DNA of 64,000 bases from an uncultured Chloroflexia bacterium (lineage in GTDB: Bacteria; Chloroflexota; Chloroflexia; QHBQ01; JADMIH01), in the NCBI GenBank assembly GCA_963797095.1, contig CAWCNY010000004.1, positions 192,001 to 256,000 on the forward strand, in the 5' to 3' direction. How positions within the stretch are numbered: the first letter of the stretch is position 1; each line of letters opens with the position of its first letter. Under the pieces are notes generated by a model. It was not told the DNA's origin. It saw nothing but the letters and a program-made list of their open reading frames with translations, and did no database searches. The position numbers and the translations under genes are program-made. This document shows, one piece after another, positions 30,110 to 37,862 of the stretch.

Positions 30110-30647
30110 TATAACGGGCAACCCACGCATAAGGCTGGGTGTATATATCCTGCTTGGTTTTCTCACGTTGGTGATGGTCGCATTGTCAGTGGTCCAACTT
30201 TGGGTCCTGTATAGCACAGAGAATGTGCCAGCCTACGGGAGCATCCAGGCCGACAGCAGGGGTTGGCCGCCCGATAGCGAGCGAGGTGCATTCCTCATAC
30301 TGAACGATCAGCACAGTTCAGAGTACGCGGGAAACCTCGTAGAATTGCTGGCAGTGACCGATCCCGGCGTGATTGATGAGGAGAGCGGCGCGCACTTGCT
30401 GCCGTCGGAACTCAAGTCCATCTTGATCCAATCGGTGGCATTGAATGAACCATCGGACTACCGGGTCGAGAGGCTAGGCGACCCGGAACCTGACGAGATG
30501 GAGTTCGATCCGCAGCCCGGCGGCACGGTAATGTTGATCGCTCCAAAGACGGGGGTTTGGAAGCCGGGAGCTTATATTGTTGACATTCCGGTTGAAGGGA
30601 TGGATGCAGGCAGAACTTATTTTCAGTTCTATGTAGACGAACAGTAA
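30099..30647 (+). CDS. membrane-anchored protein with an acidic, beta-rich extracytoplasmic domain
   Basis: N-terminal TM; C-terminal WKPGAYIVDIP...YFQFYV is Ig-like. Confidence 0.65.
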   Translation: MINSITGNPRIRLGVYILLGFLTLVMVALSVVQLWVLYSTENVPAYGSIQADSRGWPPDSERGAFLILNDQHSSEYAGNLVELLAVTDPGVIDEESGAHLLPSELKSILIQSVALNEPSDYRVERLGDPEPDEMEFDPQPGGTVMLIAPKTGVWKPGAYIVDIPVEGMDAGRTYFQFYVDEQ

Positions 30648-30657
30648 GGGGTCTTTC

Positions 30658-32634
30658 ATGGCGACAATTACGGTTGGAAGCGCCGTCGGTGAAGGCAAGG
30701 CGGTCACAGCGACGGGGCAGCCGCCCGGCCAGGTTAATGAGGAGACAATTGACAACCACGGCCTGCCCAGATTTTTCTTCGCAGCGGCCGCAGCCCTCAT
30801 TCTCAGCGCGACACAAGGAGTGGTGCAAAGGTTACCGGGTATCTCCGATTGGCTGAATGACGCTGATTACGGCGGCCACATGGTGACGAACCTGGCGCAT
30901 ACTCACATCACGATTGTGGGAGCGGGCACTATCAGTTTGACGGGGTTGATCTATTACGTGTTGCCGCGTGTCACAAAGAGGCCACTGTTCAGTCCTGCCC
31001 TGACTAACATATCGTTCTGGGCCACCGTCATTGGAGTGTTCGGGTTCTATATTGCCATGCTTTCGATTGGTATATACGAGGGAATGATGGTCCACGCGGG
31101 TTGGGCGTACGACGCGGCGCGAGATTGGATGGGCGCATGGCACAAAGCACCGATGGCACTGACGGCAGCTGTTATGGGCATAGGGTACTGGACATTTGTA
31201 ACGAATGTATACGTGACCGTTGGGCAGGCATCTGGAGAGCGCAAGATATGGCCTGACAAAGGGCCCAGCAATGGAGAGATGTTGCTGGCCAGGTTCTTCG
31301 TAGTGGGGGCGACGGGGCTGCTGTTCGGCACGGTGCAGGGAGTTTACCAGGTGATGCCCTGGTCGCTTGATTGGCTTCAGAAGACAGGCGACGCGGGCCA
31401 CATGATCGATCCGATGGCACACGCGCACATCAACCTGGTGGGTGGCGTGAGCGTAGCGTTGATGGGGTTGCTCTATTTCTTCATTCCGAAGATAATCGGC
31501 AAACCCATTTACAGCATGAAGCTGGGGGTTTTCAGTTTCTGGTGCATATTGATTGGGGTATTCAGCTTCTATTTCACCGCCATAGGGCTTGGCTGGAGCG
31601 AAGGGCAGATGGTGCTGGATCAAGGAATAACGCCTGTTGAAGCGCAAGCGGCAATGGGCATCTGGCACCCGCTACTGCTTAGTGTCGCCGCAAGCATAAT
31701 GGGGATTGGGTTCTGGTCGTTTATCACGAACATCCTGCTGACGCTAAGGCAGAAAGCCGCGCCCGATGCACCTCCTGATCATAAGCTTTCCGGATTCCTG
31801 GCGTTCAGCGCATTCGCGATTCTCGCGGGAACGATCCAGGGCGTGCTCCAGACCCTGCCGGCCATTGATGAGTGGCTGGAAGAGGCCAACCCGGCGGGGT
31901 ACTTCGTCACACCGCTGTCTCACGCACAACTGAACATGGTGGCTTTCGCCATAATCAGCCTTAGCACACTTATGATCTTCTTACTGCCACGGATACTTGG
32001 CAAACCGGTGGCTGACCCGGTGAGGGGCAGGCGCGCTCTAACGGTGATGGCAGTAGGGATCGTCGCGTCCTATCTAGTCTATTTCGGCCTGGGATTGCTG
32101 GAAAGCATCCAGATACACAACGGACTTACGCCTGCCGAGGCGCGCGAGGCCGTGGCAGGCACAGTGCTGCGTTATGTGCTCTTGATAGGGGCGCAGGGGT
32201 TGCTCGGCGTGGGGTATGTGCTCCTATTCAGGCATGTTTCCTCGGAAATTGGTGCGGAGACAATCCGGGCGTATTTCAGCAAGCTGGGCGGGAGAATGGC
32301 AAGCGCGCTACGGACGAGCGTACGCGTGCACCCTCGTGCGCGGACCGATTCTCCAGTTGTTGCGCTTCGCAGGGGCATCGCCTCGGCATTGCTGGAGTGT
32401 GTGTTCCTCGGCCTGGGGTGGTTTTACAGCGGCAGGCCGTTCATCGGGATAATGATGTTCAGTATTGGCACTATCTACCTGACGATTGTGTATGTAGTAA
32501 TCGCAATCGCAGGCAATGGAGGGCCATTCCTTTCGCTCGGTCTGATATATCTCTCAATGGTGCTGGCGAGCGCTATCACGTGCTACCGGACGTATCTTTT
32601 CTCGGTGCGCGAGGAAAGACCAGAGCCTGCATAG
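30658..32634 (+). CDS. haem-copper oxidase subunit I homologue built from three tandem CcoN C-terminal 4-TM units plus a C-terminal TM2-like domain
   Basis: Three QG..Q..P...W...HxH/HxQ...P....KP units (HTH at 30898, HAH at 31420, HAQ at 31921) align by eye to CcoN QGPMQ...GHAH...IPVTLKRRIYS; no HH CuB motif. Confidence 0.8.
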   Translation: MATITVGSAVGEGKAVTATGQPPGQVNEETIDNHGLPRFFFAAAAALILSATQGVVQRLPGISDWLNDADYGGHMVTNLAHTHITIVGAGTISLTGLIYYVLPRVTKRPLFSPALTNISFWATVIGVFGFYIAMLSIGIYEGMMVHAGWAYDAARDWMGAWHKAPMALTAAVMGIGYWTFVTNVYVTVGQASGERKIWPDKGPSNGEMLLARFFVVGATGLLFGTVQGVYQVMPWSLDWLQKTGDAGHMIDPMAHAHINLVGGVSVALMGLLYFFIPKIIGKPIYSMKLGVFSFWCILIGVFSFYFTAIGLGWSEGQMVLDQGITPVEAQAAMGIWHPLLLSVAASIMGIGFWSFITNILLTLRQKAAPDAPPDHKLSGFLAFSAFAILAGTIQGVLQTLPAIDEWLEEANPAGYFVTPLSHAQLNMVAFAIISLSTLMIFLLPRILGKPVADPVRGRRALTVMAVGIVASYLVYFGLGLLESIQIHNGLTPAEAREAVAGTVLRYVLLIGAQGLLGVGYVLLFRHVSSEIGAETIRAYFSKLGGRMASALRTSVRVHPRARTDSPVVALRRGIASALLECVFLGLGWFYSGRPFIGIMMFSIGTIYLTIVYVVIAIAGNGGPFLSLGLIYLSMVLASAITCYRTYLFSVREERPEPA

Positions 32635-32719
32635 TGACTTTTACTCCGGTTGGGGGAATACACGGGGTGGAAGGAGGTGGGACGCTCAGTAAATTCCTGA
32701 CGATTCTGTTCAGATATTA

Positions 32720-32748
32720 TTGACTTCGTGCCTAGGCACGTGTATAAT
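32720..32748 (+). promoter_or_regulatory. sigma70-type promoter with a palindrome in the spacer
   Basis: TTGACT-17 bp-TATAAT; the spacer contains the perfect palindrome CGTGCCTAGGCACG (32727-32740). Confidence 0.7.
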
Positions 32749-32835
32749 CACGCAAATGCCAGGAACGCGCCCATGCTCGAGGCTGTTGGGCAGCGGCTCC
32801 GCAATTACCAACTCTTACGCGTGGAGGTGCTAAAA

Positions 32836-32982
32836 ATGGTCCAAGCTTACTGCGTCAAGGATCGAAAGATGGTTGAGATGAAGAATCCGAGGGAGATCAC
32901 CCTCAAGAATGGGCGCCCGGCCATGCAAGGCGAGTGCCCGCATTGCGGGACCAAAGTCACCCGCATCGGTAGCAGCAAATAG
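32836..32982 (+). CDS. DUF5679-like small basic zinc-ribbon protein
   Basis: AYCVKD..VEMKNP..ITLKNGRPA.QG.CP.CGTK..RIG; GGAGGT RBS; followed by a GAGCGCCCC/GGGGCGCTT hairpin. Confidence 0.8.
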   Translation: MVQAYCVKDRKMVEMKNPREITLKNGRPAMQGECPHCGTKVTRIGSSK

Positions 32983-33140
32983 GTTGTAGAGCGAGCGCCC
33001 CGATATGGGGCGCTTATCCATCACACTTTTACAACCAAATATGCCCCGATCGGGGCCAGCACTTAACGTGGCTTCCCAGCGTCTACCCCTACGTGGAGTG
33101 GATTTTCGGACGCACATGCAATCACACCTGGAGGGTAGCC

Positions 33141-33524
33141 ATGATACCGGCCAGGCAGTATGCAAGGATCGTTGGATCTCTCATTGTGCTACTTGGAATT
33201 GTTGGTCTGTTTGCGGGCGAAGGCCAACTGTTTGGCCTGATCAACATCGATATTGCTGAAGATATCATCCATCTCGGAACCGGTGGATTGATGGTGTATG
33301 TGGGGTTCGGGCAAAGTGATGTGTCACTGGCTCGTACCGTGGTTGGTGGGCTGGGAGTGATCTACCTGCTGGTGGGAATCGTGGGTTTCATCGACAACAA
33401 TGTATTCGGGCTGTTCCCAAGCGGTTATTCGTTGGCCGATAACATCGTACACCTGTTGCTGGGGCTACTTGGCATCGGGGTTGGGTGGTTGTTGACGAGC
33501 AACACTTCGCAGATGAGTGTATAA
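33141..33524 (+). CDS. DUF4383-like 4-TM membrane protein
   Basis: GGAGG RBS; repeated DIIHL/NIVHL motifs in TM helices. Confidence 0.75.
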   Translation: MIPARQYARIVGSLIVLLGIVGLFAGEGQLFGLINIDIAEDIIHLGTGGLMVYVGFGQSDVSLARTVVGGLGVIYLLVGIVGFIDNNVFGLFPSGYSLADNIVHLLLGLLGIGVGWLLTSNTSQMSV

Positions 33525-33579
33525 TTGGTAGCAAGACTTGTAACCACCAATCACTAAAGGACTACGACCGGGCAATCCG

Positions 33580-34017
33580 ATGGACGACGAAGCTTTCATG
33601 AACCAGATGTTCGCCGCAATCACCGAGGCGGACGTTATCTCGATATTCTTCCCGTTGCTGAGAAGGGCACTGGTGGTCGATATCAGGCATACTGATGAGT
33701 CGCCGCCGGTGGTGTTGGTGATGTCACAAGCATCATCAATGGAAGATAGGATAGCGAGCATCGAGCGTGAGCGGCCCGACCTGGGCAAGATCAGGAGCAT
33801 CCTGGGAGTGCCGTGGTTGAAGTCCGTCCGCACATTGGAAGATGGCGGGGTGGTGGATAGACTGGTGAAGCGGTTGTCGGAGGCGGGGATGCCGCCGGAG
33901 GTGAGCGAGCCGCTTCTGCGAAAAGCTATCAAGTCGCTGTGGGGCATTGAGCGCCTGGCGTTCGTGAGCCTCATACAAGGAGAAGGTTATAAGACGCTCT
34001 GGAACTCCGGGCAATAG
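33580..34017 (+). CDS. hypothetical protein
   Basis: 145-aa ORF with globular composition. Confidence 0.65.
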   Translation: MDDEAFMNQMFAAITEADVISIFFPLLRRALVVDIRHTDESPPVVLVMSQASSMEDRIASIERERPDLGKIRSILGVPWLKSVRTLEDGGVVDRLVKRLSEAGMPPEVSEPLLRKAIKSLWGIERLAFVSLIQGEGYKTLWNSGQ

Positions 34018-34035
34018 TAGCGTAAGTTGACACAG

Positions 34036-34068
34036 GGCAAAAACGGCGGCTGAACCGCCGTTTTTGCC
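34036..34068. terminator. bidirectional hairpin between convergent genes; member of a palindrome family
   Basis: GGCAAAAACGGCGG-ctgaa-CCGCCGTTTTTGCC. Confidence 0.7.
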
Positions 34069-34078
34069 TTTTCTGTTC

Positions 34079-35572
34079 CTAGAAGATGTCATTGTAGACT
34101 TCATATTTGAAGGGCTGATTGCCTGGGACCGGGGTGGGACCGGGGTAGAGGGTATCGTTGACGGTGCCATAGAGGACCCATATTTTGTTGATGGCGCTGC
34201 TCCAGTACATTTCGCCACGCTGGAAGCGCTGGTAGGCTCCATCGCCGCCCTGCTCAGGGGCTGTAGCCCAGCCAAGGCGCTCGCGCACTTTAGCGCCGGT
34301 GCCCTCGCGCCACACCTTGCCAAAGCCTCTGATTGGCTCGTAGAGACCCTGTGGAGGGGTCAGGCCGCCGCTCACGGGCTGGCCGTCGCGCCAGGTGTCG
34401 TCGAATTGCTGGAGCGTGCCATCGTTGAAGAAGACATAGATGAGGCGCTCCTGAACGTAGGTGGTGCGGCTGATCCAGAGCATCGCGCCGTTCTGGAAGG
34501 GCTGGTAGGCTGTCTGAACGGCGAGTTCATGGTCGAACGGAGGGTACATCTGGGGACAGCCGAGGCCGTTCTGGACGTTGCGGTGATTGGCCCATACCTC
34601 GCCGAAGCCGCGCACAGGAACGCGCTGGCAGGTGAGAGTGGGGAACTCGTAGCGCCATGAGTGGTACTGGGCACCGACGTTGCCCATCTCGACCTTCCAG
34701 CCGTCGGCGTTGGTCGGTGAGTAGGTGAGGATGCGGCGCTGGAATGCCTGGACGAGGATGAGGCGATCCTGGCCGGAAACGCGAATGGTGGTCCAATAGG
34801 GTTCGGATATTGGGAAGCCGAAGGCGGAGACCCAGTTGACTATCTGGTCGTTGACTATGTAGCCGTTCTCATAGACGGGGCCAACTGAGTTGAAGTAGTC
34901 CATGAAGACGGTGGGGATGTTGTGTCCCGTGTCTCCGACATAGTCCGCGCTCTTGATGGCTTCGGGGGCGCGGATGCCTGACATGGGTGTGGCCGCGCCA
35001 CCCTTGTCGATGTAGAGGACGGGCATGATAGTGCCTGCCGAGATGGGGCCGGCGCGGTTCTCTTTGCCGGGAAGGCCGACGGAGGCGACGTTCTGGAGGG
35101 CGGCATAGGTGGGAGCGTCGGAGCCGTCGTCGCCTGCAATACGGGTATCGTTGGGAACGCTGAGGTCGAAGCTATTGACGCCTGTCTGGATCTTGCCGCT
35201 GATCATTTCGACTACGAGGAGGCCGTTGGTGACGTAGAAGGGGTCGTTTGGATTGGCATTGGGGTTGTTGATCTCCATGCGGGCTTTGTCGAAGTACTGG
35301 ACCAGGTGCCGGCCTCCCTGACCTTCCTTGAAGGGTTCCTGAAGGGATTTGCCGGGGGTCGGGCCCCAAACCCAGGTGCGGGCTACTTTGCCTTCGGCCA
35401 CGGGGGCATCAGTGCGCTGCCAGATGGTGCGGAAGGCGGGATTGGCGAAGGCGTCGGTCTGGGCTGAGGCGCTGCCTATGGGGGCTATCAGTCCGGAGGC
35501 GACTATTGCGAAGGATGCGGCCCATGCGAGGGATGCTCGCGGGAGGCTTATGCGGTGATGGGTTGATTTCAT
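34079..35572 (-). CDS. secreted protein with a Chloroflexota-type N-terminal surface domain
   Basis: signal peptide (ASA-Q); WQRTDAPV, RTWVWGP, QYFDKARMEI, GFPISEPYW, EMGNVG; C-terminal P.RGFG.VW repeats. Confidence 0.8.
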   Translation of the reverse strand: MKSTHHRISLPRASLAWAASFAIVASGLIAPIGSASAQTDAFANPAFRTIWQRTDAPVAEGKVARTWVWGPTPGKSLQEPFKEGQGGRHLVQYFDKARMEINNPNANPNDPFYVTNGLLVVEMISGKIQTGVNSFDLSVPNDTRIAGDDGSDAPTYAALQNVASVGLPGKENRAGPISAGTIMPVLYIDKGGAATPMSGIRAPEAIKSADYVGDTGHNIPTVFMDYFNSVGPVYENGYIVNDQIVNWVSAFGFPISEPYWTTIRVSGQDRLILVQAFQRRILTYSPTNADGWKVEMGNVGAQYHSWRYEFPTLTCQRVPVRGFGEVWANHRNVQNGLGCPQMYPPFDHELAVQTAYQPFQNGAMLWISRTTYVQERLIYVFFNDGTLQQFDDTWRDGQPVSGGLTPPQGLYEPIRGFGKVWREGTGAKVRERLGWATAPEQGGDGAYQRFQRGEMYWSSAINKIWVLYGTVNDTLYPGPTPVPGNQPFKYEVYNDIF

Positions 35573-35710
35573 GTCTATTTCCTACCTCTCATAGCTCGTT
35601 CGATTGTATACGCAGTCCGCCCTTACCTGGTGGTTGTGCACAACTTGCTTCTATCAACTTGCTTCTATTATTGAAACGAGTTTGGTTGTGGAGGGTTGCG
35701 GATGGGAAGG

Positions 35711-35860
35711 GTGACGAGTGACGAGTGACGAGTGGGTAGTTGGGTTTTCTTGTACACGAAGGGGCGAAGAGTTGGCGAAGGGCACGAAGGTTTTTGTAGT
35801 GGGGAGTGCGGAGTGCGGAGTGCGGAGTGTGGAGTGTGGAATGCGGTATGCGGAGTGCGG
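35711..35860 (+). repeat. heptamer tandem repeats
   Basis: (GTGACGA)x3 at 35711; about 8 GGAGTGC-like units at 35803-35858. Confidence 0.8.
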
Positions 35861-35906
35861 AGGTTCGAGGTGGGGGGTGGGGAGGTCGAGGTGTGGGATG
35901 GTGGGG

Positions 35907-36737
35907 CTAGATTACGATTGCAAGGAGGCCATCCAGGTCGAAGGTGCGCATGTGGATGAGTTCTTGGGGGGTTGGTTGGGGAGTGGTGGGAATATCGCTT
36001 TCGGGGAGGATCAGGTCGAAGGCTGTGTTGTCCTGTAACTCTTGCAGGGACGTGCCTGGGTGGAGGCTTTGGAGGCGCATCTGACCTGCCGGAGTGAAGT
36101 CAAGGAGGGCTAAGGGGGTTATTACCAGCTCCGGGCCTTTGCCGCTGGGATCGGGGTTGGTGGGCCAACCAGCGAGACTGGTGAAATCTACCGTGGGTAC
36201 GAATACTCGTCTTGTGTGGGTGGTGGTGTAGAGGATTGTGCGGCGGGCACGGCTTGCCCAGGGGGTGCCTGCGGAGCCGGGGCCTCGGAGTTTGGGGGCG
36301 TGGTGATCGCCGACGGTGACCAGATTGCAGTTGCCGCGCTGATCGATCTGGATGCCGCCCGCGAAGAAGACGTCGGCGCGACCGCCCAGTACCATCAAGA
36401 GCACGTCATCGAAGGGGAGAACGGCCTCGGCTACAAGGTTGGCGTAGTCGCCTGAGGATGGGGCGAGCGGGTCGAGGAGGGGATTGACGCCGCCGCTGGC
36501 CCCGGCGACTATGGAGAGGTTGGGGGCGTGGGTGAGCTGGGCTAGGCGGGCGCCCGCAATGGGGATCAGGGGGTTGGCACCTATGAAGAGGGTTTCGCTA
36601 TCGTGGAGGGCGTGTGAGATGGCGGCGGCCATGATGTGGCCGCGTGAGATGCCCTGGTTATCGTCATCGCCGGGGCGTTTGAAGAAGACGAGAGGATCGG
36701 AGCCGGGGCGCAGGTTGGCCTTGTAGTCATCGCTCAT
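35907..36737 (-). CDS. family I CoA-transferase-like beta subunit (GctB-like, non-canonical)
   Basis: HAPNL, FFAGGIQIDQRGNCN, LRGPGSAG, LQSLHPG; ATGA overlap with the alpha gene. Confidence 0.85.
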   Translation of the reverse strand: MSDDYKANLRPGSDPLVFFKRPGDDDNQGISRGHIMAAAISHALHDSETLFIGANPLIPIAGARLAQLTHAPNLSIVAGASGGVNPLLDPLAPSSGDYANLVAEAVLPFDDVLLMVLGGRADVFFAGGIQIDQRGNCNLVTVGDHHAPKLRGPGSAGTPWASRARRTILYTTTHTRRVFVPTVDFTSLAGWPTNPDPSGKGPELVITPLALLDFTPAGQMRLQSLHPGTSLQELQDNTAFDLILPESDIPTTPQPTPQELIHMRTFDLDGLLAIVI

Positions 36738-37639
36738 CCGAAAAGCCCCCAATCCTGGTTCTGTACTTTACGCATGTAGTCCTCCTGGTCGAGGGGGTCC
36801 ATTACGAAACGCTGGAGGTAATCGGCGAAGCCTTCCTCGGTGGAGGCGGAGTCGATGTAGAGGCGAAGGTGAACATCGTCGTAGTTGTAATAGCGGTGGG
36901 AGGAGCAGGGGTGACAGCCGAAGGTGACGGGTATGACGGCGGTGACACACAGGGCGGGGATACCCGTTTGGAGGGGGTAGCGGAGCACCTGGTCGTTGCT
37001 GATTACGCTTTCGACCTGTAGGAGGACGGTATCGGAGGCGAGGGCGACCAGATGGTCGGAGAATTGGCTGCCTTTGTAGATGCCGTTGCCGAATTCGTCG
37101 GCTTGCTGGCAGTGGAGGAGGGCGACGGAGGGTTTGATTGCCTGGATTGCGGGGAAGGTGTCGCCTGTGAAGGGGTCGGCGACCTGACGGTAGTAATCGG
37201 GGGAGGTGGAGAGCAGGTGGGTGGATTCGAGGCCATGAGGGAGAGGGGCGAAGGGCTGGCCCGCCATACCTGCCCGGAGGGCTAGCAGGAGGCTGCCAGG
37301 CTCGGCCTCAATGAATTGGATTGTGCTGCCTTTTTCGGCCAGCCGGCGGAAGACCGGGGCTAGTCCTAGCTGCTCGAAGCCTATGTAGCCTATTATTACG
37401 CGGTCGATGAGGCTCGCGCCCATGAGGAGGTCGGCGGCGAGGGAGGATGAGGGGGCGGCATAGAAGGTTTCGAAGTGTTTGTGTTGGCGGATGCACTCGC
37501 GGACCAGGGCCATCGGGACGTTGTGCATGTGCATGCCGCCTACCCAGAGGGATTCGGATTTGTCCGGGATGTGGGTGGCTACTGCCTGTTCTATGTCGGT
37601 TACTTTGGAGGTTCGCTTGGGCGTGGGGGTTTCTTGCAT
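36734..37639 (-). CDS. family I CoA-transferase-like alpha subunit (GctA-like)
   Basis: PMALVRE, LRAGMAGQPF, DPFTG, HCQQADEFGN, FGCHP motifs. Confidence 0.85.
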   Translation of the reverse strand: MQETPTPKRTSKVTDIEQAVATHIPDKSESLWVGGMHMHNVPMALVRECIRQHKHFETFYAAPSSSLAADLLMGASLIDRVIIGYIGFEQLGLAPVFRRLAEKGSTIQFIEAEPGSLLLALRAGMAGQPFAPLPHGLESTHLLSTSPDYYRQVADPFTGDTFPAIQAIKPSVALLHCQQADEFGNGIYKGSQFSDHLVALASDTVLLQVESVISNDQVLRYPLQTGIPALCVTAVIPVTFGCHPCSSHRYYNYDDVHLRLYIDSASTEEGFADYLQRFVMDPLDQEDYMRKVQNQDWGLFG

Positions 37640-37687
37640 GGTAGGTCTATTATACACAGCTATATACAGCAGTTGGGCTGGCGAACG

Positions 37688-37817
37688 CCCCACCCCAACC
37701 CCTCCCCAAGATTTGGGGGGCTTTCAAAAATAGGCAAAAATGGCGGCGAAGCCGCCATTTTTGCCTATTTTTGAAGTAGATTGCACGCATGCGAAGCTAC
37801 ATCTAGAATTTGGGATG
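37688..37817 (+). repeat. composite REP-like repeat, copy 1 (carries a 25-bp-arm palindrome at 37723-37775)
   Basis: CCCCACCCCAACCCCTCCCCAA..TTGGGG..GGCTTTC ... TTGCACGCaTGCGAAGCT ... GGGATG; homologous to 40617-40704. Confidence 0.75.
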
Positions 37818-37862
37818 TTTTAGGTTTTTTAGTGATCCGGCTTGGATTGTGGGACAGCTTTG

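Noticed and set aside
35711-35860. CRISPR array or coding ORF (35718-36038) in the repeat tract
   Set aside because: The units are 7 bp with no spacers, and the ORF is just the translated repeat.
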